From Octopus vulgaris (Eukaryota), in contig OX597824.1 of NCBI GenBank assembly GCA_951406725.2, forward strand, positions 66,836,001 to 66,900,000: DNA of 64,000 nt, in the 5' to 3' direction. The position numbers were made by a program, and so were the translations under genes. Positions 47,399 to 61,644 of the stretch are shown here, piece by piece (position 1 is the first letter of the stretch; every line of letters starts with the position of its first letter). Under the pieces are notes generated by a model. That model saw nothing but the letters and a program-made list of their open reading frames with translations, was not told where the DNA came from and searched no databases.

Positions 47399-49137
47399 GT
47401 CTAGCCTATGTGAACATGACAAGTGTTAAAATGACAATATACACACTCATACAAATATTATTTAAAATAATATATTGACTACATAAGTGTAATTCTACTG
47501 TCAATTTTGGACCATTTATGTCGCTTCCATTGCAGTAGCTCATTACAATCTTTGACTTTAAGCAATTATAAACATTTGGGACTAGGAAGGTCTGCGTACT
47601 TCTATTAAAGAGAATATATGCAAGGAATTAAAAAAAACGTCTTATAAAATTAGTTATAATACATATGGCAGAAGAAATACTACTCTGAGTTCACAAGCTA
47701 AGCAATCTCTGATGGTCCTGCAAAAATAGTGTATTCTCTTCCCACATACCCATTTGCACTCACACACTTAAGCATAACTGTAAACATATGTATGTATACA
47801 CAAAAGAAAGACAAATGAAGGAGAGAGAAAGAGGGGAGGAGGGACATGTTTAAACATTTGATAAAAGGCAATCTATGATTGACTCACTCTTGGATTTTAT
47901 GGTGTGTGTGCCCAGTTGGGGAAGATAAATTTCTTTCTGTACTTTGCAGAGACTGAAATTCTCTGATTTGATGTTTGGTATAATCATCTGAGTTTAGAGT
48001 TCTTGTTGATTAATCTCTTTTTGGCAGTGCAAAGCCTACATTTTTTGCTAGCATTCATGTAGGGCTTACATTTTACTGCAGTTTTCCAACTGATATCATA
48101 TGCTGTGCTTTTTTCCTTACAACAGCCTGGCATAGCTTACAGCCTTTGTAATGCTTTGTCTTTCAATATTTCGTGAGCTTCTCCTCCAACATATTGATGT
48201 GACACTTCAGGTTGGCATTGCAGCTTGTGCTTGTAAATTTGATCTCTGTGCCTCATATGTGATAGTCTCAATGTTACAGAAGCCAACACAGTTGACATGT
48301 AGTAATGTCTCTGCATTAGTAACCAGCCTCAGCTGGTGGATTGAGCCTGTGTGATATAATCAACTTTATGTTTGGAGTACACTGGGATTGAACCAGATTA
48401 TTTACAAACATCATATGAACAACAAGCACCAAGTGTCAACATCAGCTCTTAAAACAAAAATTATATGACTGAGTATAATCCTTTAAATGAAACAGCTGTA
48501 GGCAGCAGGCAACATAAAATGAGGGATGAATTACTATCAATAAACACGATATGGTTAACTTAGCAGTATTCTATGTTGTTATTATTGTTTATCACCATGT
48601 TTGCTCTGAGGGAATGGACATATGATTTTCTCAGGCATTGTGTATCTGGGACTATATTAACCAAAATGTTTCTCCTATTTTCTAGTAGGTCAAATGACTG
48701 GCAAGAAACTCCTTTGTTTAATTGTAACATTCCTGGCTTCTTCCGTCAGACGTTTCAGCCACTTAACAACACCCGGTATGGCTTCATGTTTATTTTGAAG
48801 CACATTAAAATTCCTGAAGGCACCAAACTGGAAACAAACTGCTCAACAGAGTGTTAAATTAGATGACCCCTCATTTAATTAGACACTGAAATATTTATTT
48901 AGAATTTCCTTTCTCCAGAAATATTCTTGATGGTATTTTAATATAGAATTTTTATATAAAACAATAGAAAATTCCAGATGAAAATATTACTTACAAAATT
49001 CATTCTAAATGTTGCATTTCCAGAATAAAAATCCCAGCTCCTGCTTCTGTCTATCCCCACTTCCTCATACAAAATTTATTCTTATGTATGTATACACACA
49101 AATACACCCCACATACATGCATATATATATGTGTGTA

Positions 49138-49189
<52 letters not shown>

Positions 49190-49575
49190 GTGTTTGTATG
49201 TATATGTACTAGGGTAAGTCAAAAATTGTACACGCTCTTGTTTCTGTAACTTATGAAAACAAAAGCAGGGGTTGAAAAATTACATCATTTTCCAACAATG
49301 TTTCCTTGCTTTAGAAGCTTGCTTATTTCATTAGAGAAGGGTTTTGGCTGGCCATGCAGCCATTGATGCACTGCTTCTTGTGCTTCATTGTCCGTAGCAA
49401 ATTGACAGCCTGGTAAAGGATGTGTGAGTGGTCTGTAGCATACCTTAGTGAAATCCTCTCTGACATATATAATACAAATATGAACACAGTCTGCACGTAT
49501 CTTCAGACTTAGTTCCAGTTGTTAAGCGGTAATGGGAGACAAGCATAAACACACACACATGCACACACACGCACG

Positions 49576-49618
<43 letters not shown>

Positions 49619-52600
49619 GATGGGTTTTTTTTTGGTTTCTGTCAGCCAAATCCATTCACAAGACATTTGGTCAGCCCAAGGCTATAGCAGAAGACACTTA
49701 CTTAAGGTGTCACACAGTGGGACTGAACCTGGAACCATGTGGTTGGGAAGCAAGCTTCTTACCACATAGCCACACTTGCACCTAAGCTTTCCCTTCATTG
49801 AAGTTACTCTGGTAGTTGAAGGAAATCGGGAATGTGCATCACATATAATGGATGGGCTCCAGGGAAATATGTCCTGTCTTTCACAAGTGATTCACAGGAC
49901 AGACAAAGAGTTAACCATTTTGTTAGTATATTTCTGTTGAAATACACTGCCTTTCTTTCAGATAGTTTTGAAAATAATGGAGAAGTTAGTAAAATAGCTT
50001 TACCATTATTAACCTTTTGTAGACAGAGCCTCATTTGGAGTTTCAATACCAAGAAGACAGAGTCCTTTCTACAAGCCCTACAGAGGGCATGCACTTACTT
50101 TAATTTCTATAATTTTTTTGTAAACTAATTACTTTACATATATAAAACTATATATATATTTCGTTTTTGGATTTGGTTTGCAATATTCTTTATATGAGTT
50201 CATGTGTTGAAGCATATTCTGTTGTGTCTGGGGAGAGTCATTTTCTTTTTGTGCCTTATAATGTAACACACTCACCAGTAAAATTTCCACTTATTTTTTA
50301 TTTTCATTTTCCTAAAATTTTCATTGCGTCTTGCAACCTTTTCAATAGACTTGACTCTGTCCATTATTTACACTGCGTTCCTTTTTGTTTGTTTGTGTGC
50401 ATGTGTGTGGGCTGACAGATCAGCTCTATGGTGTTTGAAACAAATTAACATGAAATTATGATGACAGGTTTTAATTTAGATCACTTTAAAACAGGAAGTT
50501 TATACCATCGAACAAGGGGCAGTTTCAGGAAGGTTAGTATCAAAAGGGTTAGAATTAACAAGTCTTCAGTCTAATTCCAGTATTGCACACTGGTGCACCA
50601 GTCTTTCTTATTATTTTTGTGGTACATCATTTCATTTTTCTATTTGTGAAATATGAACACTACCTTCTGTTTCATCTCAACCTCAAAACTTCTTTACTAA
50701 ACAATTGATTCAAAATCATCTTTGGGATACATTTGATTGCATTTCTGTTCATCCTCATCAGAACATTCTATTTCCTGTAATATTTCTCCTGTTGTAAACA
50801 TGCTATGCTTATGCCGTTTCTTTCTAGACATGACTGCTTGTATGGTCAAAATAAATCAGAAATATTATTCTAAAGAATACCTTAACACCGAGAAGACATT
50901 CATAAACAAATACTACAATGATGACAAATCTTTATACTAACTAGATTGATTTACCTGGTTTTAACATGGGGTTTCCCTATTCTTACGATATTGCTTTTCA
51001 ACAGAGTGTCAAGTCTGAAATTTCTGGTACGCCAGGAACAGCCTGACAGGTTTAATATCTAAATATGTTATTAAATTCTTCATTTAAAAATTATGTAAGA
51101 TTGTTTATAAGATATTTAGTTGAACTATATTATGTATTTTATATGCTTCATTAACATAGTGATTATTGCTTGTAATATGCAAATAATATTTCATGTTAAA
51201 TCATCAGAAACATGTAAGTGTTACAGGTTGAAAGGGTAACAGTATTCACAGTTATGAAGATGGTTATATTTTTGAAAAGTTAGTGGTTTCAGTTACCATG
51301 GAAAATAGAAAATAATTTATCCTTTTATTGTTTGGTGTCTAAATTTATTGATATATCAATATCAGTGTATACTTAAAATGATGTTACCAGAATCTGTAAT
51401 AAGTGTTGGGAGACTTTCACATAGAATATATCCTTTTATCTATATATTAAAAATATTCTATATTTCACATAGAATATATCCTCTTTATCTGATAGGGCAG
51501 CTTGCTTGGACCAGTAAGTCATATTGGTCTTTTCACAGCTAAATGACATGTCTGTGTAAGCCATGACTATAGATGATAGCAGTTGTTTGCTAACTGAATT
51601 TGTTGATCCTGGTCATTGACAGTTTGTTGAAAGTTCATCTACTCAGCATCTAGTGATATTTGCCACTGATTCAATAAGTTCATCTGATGTATGAATGCTG
51701 TTGCTATTAAAAATCTCATTCAAAAATCATGTCTCTGAGAAGTTTGTACAGAGTTTCAAATACAGAAAATAGAAAATAATTATTATTTTGCATCAAAATT
51801 TATAAATTTAGAAATATGCCGGTATTATACTTTATGAATTTGGTTTATTTTCATGAAATAAAGATAAACTTTATTTTAATGGCTCCAACAAAGCTATAAG
51901 ATGTTGTATGAGCAGTCAGCTCTGGACGTACACTTACCTACAGCAGAAACAGCTGTAAGCCAATGGATTGCTTTTCTTGTATTATTTTATTTCTCTGTTA
52001 ATGAATACACTCATACACATGTATCATTGAGCATAATACCTAATTTTTTTAGAAATGGAAACAAATTTACGAACTAAACTATGACAAAATTATTTTTTAC
52101 CCTCTGTGTTATTTGAAACTGCATATTAATTTTTCAAAATATAATTTTGAAATAAGACAGCATTTAAATATATGCTTTCTCCTTCTTTCCCTCTCTTCTT
52201 CTGTTTGTCTCTTTTCGCCGGTCTCTTTCTCTCTCTCTCGCTGCCCTTCACTCTATGTGTGTGTATGCATTTGTGTGTGTAGTGTATATATGTGCATGTA
52301 TGTATACACACACACATATATTCCTTTCTACTAAAGGCACAAGGCCTGAAATTTTGGGGGCTTGTCAATTATATCGATCTCAGTATGTAACTAGTACTTA
52401 TTTCATCAGCCCTGAAAGGATGAAAGGCAAAGTTGATCTTGGTGGAATTTGAACTCAGAATGTAAAGATGGCCAAAATGCCTCTAAGCATTTTGCCTGGT
52501 GTGCTAATGGTTCTGCCAGATCACCTTACATATCTCTCGCGCATGTGTGTGTGTGTGTGCACATTGTATCTGAGAGAGATAAGAGTATGAGAGGGAGAGA

Positions 52601-52619
52601 AAAAAGATTAAAGAGAAAC

Positions 52620-53256
52620 CTGGGTCCATCAATATGATCCTGAGAAAGTCCAGTCAAAGCAATGGAAGCATGATAACTCACCACCCCCAAAGAAGGTTTG
52701 TATACAACCCTCAGCAGGCAAGGTGAAACTCACAGTCTTTTGAGACCAATGCGGAATAGTGATGATGGATTTGCTAGCAAAGGGCACCACAATTAATGGG
52801 GCATATTATGCTTCTCTGCTGCAGAAATTGCGGGACATAATCAAAGATGAGAGGCATGTCATGCTGACCAAAGGAGTCTGCCTCCTCCAAGACAATGCCC
52901 CAATTCACAATGTGCATGTTACCCAGATGAAAGCACACTCCTGTGGCTATGTAATCCTTCCTCATCTTCCTTACTCTACTGACCTTGCACCATCTGACTT
53001 CCACCTCTTTCCAACCATGAAGTCCTTTTTGAAAAGGAAACACATTTCAGATGCTGAACTTCCGAGGTAAGGTCTTGGCTCCCGATGCAACCTACTGACT
53101 TCTATAGATGAGGTCTTCATAGCTGCATAAAACGATGGGAGAAGTGTGTCACCATTGGTGGCGGCTATGTAGAGTAGGACTCATAATTATTCCCAGTTTT
53201 GTTTATCCCAGTCTTTGGGAAGTGGGTCAGGGGAAATCTTTAATGAACACCCCTCA
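52620..53256 (+). mobile_element. mariner (DD34D) transposase 3' fragment with right TIR
   Basis: SAGKV, TINGAYY, LLQDNAPIH...HLPYSTDLAPSDFHLF, with 34 residues counted between the last two catalytic Asp. Ends AATGAACACCCCTCA|TA. Confidence 0.92.
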
Positions 53257-53495
53257 TAGATAAGTCTGTTCCATGAATAAGATACATATTATCTTTGTGC
53301 AGTTTATCTGTTTTTGTCTATTCATAATGGAAGTCTAAAGAGTAAAATTCATTATTTCCTTATGCAGGAAATCTCTTTACTATGAATATTTTTAGAGTTT
53401 ACAGCTCATAAACTAAACAATTAAAACAAGGATAATTTAGTATTAATTATCTGTAGATGTTAGATAGTATGAAATGAATTACACACACACACACA

Positions 53496-53533
<38 letters not shown>

Positions 53534-53774
53534 GAGTTAAGTGGTTTTGGTCGGTGACGCGAAGAGCTTTCAACCATAGAAAATCTGTCTCAATGAAGAT
53601 TGACCCATGCAAGCATGGAAGAAGTAGATGTTATAATGATGATGATGATGATGTTGAGAGTAATTATAGAAATAAACACATTGCAATTATGACAAAAATA
53701 TTTGTTCTCTGCAAAGCATTTAGTATGAAATCTTGATGAAAGTGCAAAATTTAGTCTCATTTAAAGTTATAATA

Positions 53775-53810
<36 letters not shown>

Positions 53811-54419
53811 CTGTATGTGTGTGTCATCATCATCATTGTTTAACATCTGCCTTTCATACTGACATGGGTTGGACGGTTTGATAGGAACTGGCCAGGCAGG
53901 AACCTGCACCAGACTTCTGTGTCTGTTTTGCCATGATTTTGTGTATGTGTGCGTGTATATAAGTGTGTGTGTATGTGTGTGCAAATGTGTGTACGTGTGT
54001 ATCTGTGTATATGTATGTGTATATATGTATGTATTTAGATACATTTATAGCTAAAATGAGGGGCACTTGAAAATATAATTAAGTTATTTATTGTATGTTA
54101 TTGCCACCGCCTCAGATGCTGCCCAATAATAGCAGTACCTTATAGTCTTTCTAAAGGAAGAACACATTGGGTACACAGTACTCGGGAGAATGGCAGGATG
54201 TTCATGGTTAGAATGTTTTTAACCAAGGTCTGGTTAATCAGACCTGAGCAGGAACCACCATCATCTTCACTACCAATGACAATACTGAAACAGCCATTTC
54301 TACAATCCACCACCACCACCACCACTACCACTGTTGTAATCACAGGCGCCACCTCTACCACTGTCACAACTTCTGACACAATTATCACCACTGTCGTTGC
54401 CACTAACACAATCACACCA

Positions 54420-54700
54420 TCAGCACTATATCACCACTACAACAACCACAACAGTCACCACCGCCACCACCACAAGTCACCACCGCCACCACCACAAGTC
54501 ACCACCGCCACCACCACAAGTCACCACCGCCATCATCACAACAGTCACCACCACCACCACAACAGTCACCACCGCCACCACCACAAGTCACCACCGCCAC
54601 CACAACAATCACTACCATCACCACAAAAATCACCATCATCATCACAATCACCACCACAACTATCATCATTGTCACAATCACAACCACCAACACTGCCACA
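54420..54700. repeat. CAC-rich minisatellite / low-complexity tract
   Basis: Unit resembling CACAAGTCACCACCGCCACCAC repeated several times. Confidence 0.85.
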
Positions 54701-55518
54701 TATACCATATCTAAATCAAATGTATGTTTCACATATTTCAGAAACTGTCAATGTTCAGCACCTGATGTCAACAAGTCAGTGTTTGACAGGTTAATTCAAC
54801 TTAGGTAAGTTACCTTATTTGTCCTCATCCATACTTTATGTGTTGTGGGGTTGGGCGATTGTTGCATTCTTGTACCTTTGTTTACATGTCTCTCTCTCTC
54901 TCAGTATGTATGTATGTATTTGTGCATGTGTATGTATACATGTGTGTATGCATGTGTATGTATGTGTATGTATCAGCTGTGTGTGTGTGACCCTTGTTAT
55001 GTGTGTGCGAGTGTTTTTGTATTAAGTATATGTACATGTCTGTGTTTATGTATGATGGTGTGCTGTGCATGTGTGCATGTTTGTATATGTGTATGATAGA
55101 AAGCTGTGTGTATTTATCACCATTTAACATCTATTTACCGTGCTGACATGGTTGTACGTGTATGTGTGTATATGTGTTGAGAGTAGGTTGTGTGTATCTC
55201 TCTGCAATTGCATGTGTTTCTCTGTGTTTCACATGCTGTGTATGTATATGTGTGTGTCATTCTGTCGAGTTCATTTTTACCATTTTTACCTGTGGAACCC
55301 CCTTTGATTCCTATTTTACTCAGATGGACTCTCCTAGTCATTTGATGCTTAAAAAATAATTACATAACAAGGAATTGTAATAAAAGAAAAAAAATTATTA
55401 AAGTATTTTGTGTATTGTAAAAGTATAACCAATTTATTGCAGATAAATTTTAACAACAAAATCTTATATGGACCTCCAAGGGCCATTTGGACACTGGTTG
55501 AGAGCCACTAGTCTACAT

Positions 55519-55925
55519 CACTGCTCCACAACAGGTATGCTGTTGTTGTTGTTAAGTAACAAGATGGGTAAGGGTGATTAAGTGATGGTCTAGGGCTTAG
55601 GGACAGGAGACCCCAGACCTTGGAAAAAAAACAACTTTGGTCGTCTTGTTGTAGTCGAGGGCTCTTTGTTGATGCCCGACACCACTGGGAGGTGGCCCTC
55701 AAAGTCGCTGGAAATGGAGATCTCCAGGTCCAAATTCTTGGACGGCCAACCTGTATGCTGTAGCACACTGGTGTGCTGTGCCACGAGACAATGCTAAGTG
55801 TGCCACAGTGTAACCTGAATATAATCTTTTCCCAATACTTTGTTATATTTTTAGTTCAGATGTGCCACCAAATTTTGAAAAGAATATAAGTGTATTGCAA
55901 GTTGAAAAAGGTTGTGGGGCACTGG
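55519..55925. mobile_element. hAT-type MITE hosting the (AAC)n retroposon
   Basis: CACTGCTCCACAAC ... GTTGTGGGGCACTG imperfect TIRs; flanks GTCTACAT / GTCTAGAC. Confidence 0.55.
55553..55747 (-). mobile_element. Short unclassified retroposon with (AAC)n tail, copy 2
   Basis: Matches 19571-19765; TSD-like CAACAGGTATGCTGT / CAACCTGTATGCTGT. Confidence 0.75.
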
Positions 55926-58684
55926 TCTAGACTGATGGTAGGTTGTGTGCATTTGCATGTGTCTGTGTTTTCGGTTTCTGGGCTTTGTCTGAAAGAACAA
56001 GCTGGATTGTGTTGTGCTCTTATGGCATTCACATGCAACATAAAAAAACTAACACTAATAAGATTGTTGACATTAATACCTTTCTCGAATACATTCACAT
56101 TGAAGTATTTGTCTTGGGTAAAAATTCCTGAGGTTCTATGTTCTGAGTGAAAGGATTGGGGACAGGAGCTTTTGTTGAGTATAGATGGACACAACATAGG
56201 CAATGAGAGTGGACAAATGTGTGAGTCATGAATACCTGAATGGAAATGATACAAGACTGGTTTGCTACAAAGAGCAGAGACCATTATAGTAGCAGTAGAA
56301 TTGACGAAGAGTGGATACAGCATATCTATGGATTACATATTGGATGGAATTGGTGAATGTCTACATATCAATCAGTGGAATGGTTTTTCCTTTAAATGCT
56401 GTTTCAGATGTCTGTGTGTTGGCTGCAGTACTGTCATAGATCTCGGCGTAGCACTCCATTTTGGGTGCAACTCTGAGCTTTGTAGACTGTTGGCAATTGT
56501 TGGGAGCTGAAATATTTTCTGGTTTGGAGAAGAAAGGGTCAGTTTTTGTAGAGCAGAATTTGCTTTGAGAGTTACAATATGCGATAACTTAACATATTAA
56601 GAGTGTTAGCATCTCCCTACTTCCCTCTCTTTACTGTGAAGCACTAATGTCAGGTGGGTCAAAAATATTTATAGGTTTTAAACATTTAACCTTGAAGCAA
56701 TACATCTCGGCTGAAAAAAATTTTATTAATCAAAATAATTGTTTCTGATATAATGGCACAAGGCCTGAATTAATCAAAATATTCATTAGGGTCTACATAT
56801 TCTATGAACAAGAAATAATTCTATTCTGGAAACATTTTGGAGTCTTGGAAATGAAGAATTCTTTGATGGTATTTTGAGCTGTAGCTTGATTGTTGTAAAG
56901 CTTTTTTTCAGGAAGCTATCAAGCTGGTTGGAGGAATGATAAATGTGTGCAGGGATGTCTTGTCAAGTAAGCTGGTTGTAGTGGTTTCATAACCAGTTGA
57001 ATTTCTCTTTTGTCATTAGCAGGACATAGTTTTGTCATACTGAAGGCCAATGCTGGACATAAATTTTGCAGATTTTGGTGCATTTTGCTTATTTCCTGTG
57101 TAAGGTGGTGAGCTGGCTGAATCATTAGTATGCTGGACAAAATGCTTAGCAGCATTTCATCTGTCTTCACTTTCTGAGTTCAAATTCCACCTGCCAAGGT
57201 CAACTTGCCTTTCAGCACTGGGGTTAATATAAACAACTTATCCCCTGCCCTGAAATTGCTGGTGTTGTGCCAAAATTTGAAACTAATATTTCTCTGCTGT
57301 TTTGGTTTCTATAAGATTTGAGACATAGTAGTGGACACTTCCACTTGCCAACCACCAAACAGTGACCATCACCTCATAACCTTCTTTAAATGCAATATCA
57401 GTCTGAGAAATTGATTTGGTGTTTCTGACAATGATGCAGTCACAATTTATTGGGGAGGATATAGTCCCTAAAATCAACCTTGATTCATAACAATATTTTA
57501 TCTACTTCAGAAGGATGGGGAAAAGAAAATTAAGTTTGGTGAGAACTGAACTTGGAATGTAAACAACCAGAACAAAATACCACAGCATTTTGCTCAACCC
57601 ATTGCCTGTCCAATGCATTTTCATAAGTTTGTTCCAAATGCCCATACTTGTTTTCAGATATTTATTTAACCATTGATTCATTCATTCTGAGTGATATAAA
57701 GCTGTCTTTTCATAAGTTCCAAGTTGCTCTGGTGGCTGGAAAGAAATTGGTAATATGTATCATATATGATGGATAAATCTCAGGGAAATATATTAACAGG
57801 ACAGGTTAAGGGTTAAACCAATTTTCTTTGGAGGAAATCCTGGAACTCATAATTTCCCATTTCTCCTCCTGTAATATGTTTGAACGTTTTTTATTCTCCA
57901 AATAAAATATTTTATAAATGACACAAATAATTACTTTGATTGCCGACTCATCCTATTATGACACACTACTATGAATATTAGAAGAGTGTCAATGTTAGTG
58001 ACATTCTTTAAGATTATGTAATGTCTATTTTTATTGGAAAGGTCAGAGAATGAATTTAACCATTCAGTTCATGGATTTTGGCACATTGAAAGGATGGGTT
58101 TCCCTTTGTCAGTCAGGATGATAATGATAATAATATTATTATTATGATTATTATGGTGGTAAACTGGCTGAAGCATTAGCACACTGGAGAAAAAGCTTAG
58201 AAATGTTTCTATCTTTACATTCTGAGTTCAAATTCCACCAAGATCGACTTTGCCTTTCACCCTTTTAAGGTCAATAAACAAAGTACCAATTGAACCAATT
58301 GAACATTAGGGTTGACGTAATCAACTATACCCCTCCTTTGAACTTGCTGGCCTTGTGCCAAGAATTTGAAATCATTATTATTATTATCATGGTAGTGAGC
58401 TGGCAGAATCATTAGCACATCACGCCAAATTTTTCTGTTTTTTTTACATTCTGAGTTCAAATTCTGCCAAAGTTGATTTTGCTCTTTTCCTTTTGGATCA
58501 GTAAAATAAGTACCAGTCAAGTACTGGCATAATGTAATCTACTAGACCCCGCTGCTTAAAAATGTCAGGCCTTGTGCTTATAGAAGAAAGGATTGATGTT
58601 GTTATTATTAAAGCACTGAGCTGGCAAAATCGTTAGAATGCTTAGCGACATTCCATCTGTCCTTATGTATCGAGTTCAAATTCC

Positions 58685-58952
58685 GCTTTTGTTGAGTATA
58701 GATGGACACAACATAGGCAATGAGAGTGGACAAATGTGTGAGTCATGAATACCTGAATGGAAATGATACAAGACTGGTTTGCTACAAAGAGCAGAGACCA
58801 TTATAGTAGCAGTAGAATTGACGAAGAGTGGATACAGCATATCTATGGATTACATATTGGATGGAATTGGTGAATGTCTACATATCAATCAGTGGAATGG
58901 TTTTTCCTTTAAATGCTGTTTCAGATGTCTGTGTGTTGGCTGCAGTACTGTC
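58685..58952 (+). repeat. 268-bp direct duplicate of 56168-56435 inserted in a SINE
   Basis: The sequence appears identical by eye, and ORFs 56262 and 58779 translate identically over the shared span. Confidence 0.95.
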
Positions 58953-59599
58953 TTGATAGCTTCCTGAAAAAAACATTGCCTTTCAACCTTTTGGAGTCAA
59001 AAAAATAAGTACCTGTTGAGTACTGAAGCTGATATAATTGACTTATTCCTTCCTCTGAAATTACTGGCCTTGTACCAAAATTTGAAATTATTATTATTCA
59101 GTGAGAGAGCAATACATGCCATTGAAGTGACACTCAGATATAAATACAGGAAGCCCAATATATTCATCGTGACTACATGTCTAAGAGTACACCAGGTACA
59201 TGCATCACAACCATATGTGTGCAACTTGGTGACCTTATATCAAGATAAACAGTGCATGACCTTGCAGGTGGGGCTCATTTAGAATTTTCTTTGGGTTGAG
59301 TAGCCCATGACGCTACACGCTGGGGCCTATATTGATTCCATAAACAGAGAATTCAAGAGCATCCTCAAAGGAGGCAATTCCAACTTGTTTGACAGCATTA
59401 AAAGAAAAATGGTATGGCTAAGTGTTGCATAGCTATGTGATAAGAAACTTGCTTTCCAACAACTGGAACTTCCAAATTGTCCCACTGTGTGGTACCTTGG
59501 GCAAGGGTCTTCTACTATAAGCCTTCAGCTGATCAAAGCCTTTTGAGTGGATTTGGTAGACAGAAACTGAAGGAAGCCTGTCATGTGTGTATGTGTGTG

Positions 59600-59728
59600 T
59601 TACATACATACATACATACACACATACACACACACATACATACATACATACATACATACATACACACATACACACATACATACACACACACATACATACA
59701 TACATACATACATACATACATACATACA

Positions 59729-59760
<32 letters not shown>
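59600..59760. repeat. (TACA)n microsatellite within a family B SINE
   Basis: Direct observation. Similar (TA)n, (CA)n and (TACA)n tracts occur throughout the window. Confidence 0.95.
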
Positions 59761-60099
59761 GTAGAATAAGAAATAGAAAGTCCTCAGTATGGCCACAATC
59801 TAATGACTGAAACAAGTAAAAAAAATAATTTCCAATCCTTCTTCTCCAGAACATTGACCCTCTGGAATCTCCTCTCAGTTCAAGCCTTTCCTGTGGATGC
59901 TGACTTGCAGCAGTTTAAACAGAACATTCACATCGTCAGTCTCACTAGTTGTGGAGGGATTGCAAGGGTTAGGGGATCTATCCCCTCTCTCCAGACACAA
60001 TAAGTAAAAAAAAGAAAAGTGGGAGCGGTCATTTCTGCAACTGGTTTATTTTATGTTTATGTAGAACTATATTAGGTAATGTGACTTGCACTTATTGAA

Positions 60100-60170
60100 G
60101 GGTGTGATTTGAGGAGTACTTGGTTGTTATTTCTAGCAGGTCGTGCAACCACTTAGAAATTCTTTCTTTG
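60100..60170 (+). repeat. Unclassified interspersed repeat (GGTGTGATTTGAGG...GCTATTTCTAGCAGGTCG)
   Basis: Diverged copies at about 3830, 5730, 5930, 14530 and 29280 (+), and 14170, 34740 and 37110 (-). Confidence 0.6.
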
Positions 60171-60625
60171 GCTCAGGGTGTTTTGGTGGTTAATGAATGT
60201 GAAGGTGAATGATATGGAGTGTATATAACATGACACATCCAGATATGGTGGTGGTGGTGGTGGTGGTGATGAGAGGAACTGAACTGTGGAACTTGACTTA
60301 TTGTTTCAAAGCTGCAGGTTGTATGTGGATAATGACATGTGTGTGTGTGAATATGTATGTGTATTTGTATTGTACATGTGTATGTATATCTACATCTGTA
60401 TGTGTGTGCTTGTGTATATGTGTTTGTTTTTAAGTATGTATGTCTATTTGTGTACTTGTTTGAATGTATGTGTATGTGTATATATGTCTGTATTTCTGTG
60501 TGTTTGTGTATGCATGTGTGTGTGTGTTTGTGTATGCATGTGTGTGTGTGTGTATTTGTGTATGCATGTATGTATGTTTGTTTTTACGTACGTATATTTG
60601 TATGTGTGTGTTTAGATGGATGAAC

Positions 60626-60662
<37 letters not shown>

Positions 60663-61255
60663 CATATGTGGGTGGGTAATGATTGCCCTTCCCATATGAC
60701 AGTACATTTAATGTTAGTTTTGTCTGACTTAATTGTCACTGATTACATAATTATCTCATTCCTTGTTGGTAAATCTTTTGTAATTAATAAGCAAAAGGTG
60801 AAAGGGCAAGGCCTAGCTACTGAAATTGGCAGGGGAAGTAATATTATTGTGATTGAGATCCAATCTGTATCTCTGAAAGAAAATTCTAGAAGGATTTTAG
60901 AAATATTTTTTTTTTTTTAAGAAATAGCTTTTAAGTGATATCCCTCCCACTACATGTTCCAGTCCTTGTTTTGATGTGGTTACTTATGTGCCTCACTAAC
61001 TCTAACGGCAGTACCACAGGGTGCAAGCTCTTGGTAGAGAATCCCATGCTAAACAGATCAAAAGACAACATTAGAAAATCACCAACGACAATTTAAAACC
61101 AACAAGACTTAGGAGAGACAGGCCTCCTCTCAGAAAAATATGACATGGTACAGCAAAATCTGAAAGAAAATTGCAAGTAACACAAACATTTTATGTAGCC
61201 CAAATTTCATCAAATTAATTTTTACACCAGATTGTGCCGAAATATTTGTTCCAAA

Positions 61256-61644
61256 TCTCTATATATAAAGCTGAAGTTGTCTGTGTGTGGCAGTTTGGTA
61301 GCCTTCAACTAACACTATCTCCTCTGAGACCCTGTGGCGCAAGTTGACCAAAATTGAGAGTATGATAGAAGAAGGCTTGCTCTTCATTCCGTAGAAAATA
61401 AAATTCAAATCGGACCATGTTAAGATCAAAAGTTATTTACATCAAAAAGGTGCTTTTTTTCTATGAAAATCCCTATTTTTTACAATATTTTGACTGCTGT
61501 GTTGCCATTTTTCAGTGTATTTCAGCCAGAAAAATGTTCACTTAAAGAGAATAACAAGCTACATAATGCAAAATTTTTACTTTTCAAAAATTCCAATTCT
61601 AAAGGGTTGAAACAAACCTGAGCAACACCGGGCGATACTGCTAG
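61256..61644 (+). mobile_element. Non-autonomous Helitron
   Basis: A|TCTCTATATATAAAGCTGAAGTTG ... GAGCAACACCGGGCGATACTGCTAG|T; no TSD. Confidence 0.85.

Noticed and set aside
50021-50090. Possible small exon after TTTTGTAG
   Set aside because: No GT donor and no partner exons.
52759-53070. SETMAR host gene
   Set aside because: There is no SET domain; it is a truncated mariner with stops and a TIR.
54140-54794. 198-aa Thr/His/Pro-rich mucin- or extensin-like ORF
   Set aside because: It is open in several frames on both strands because it is a CAC-rich minisatellite.
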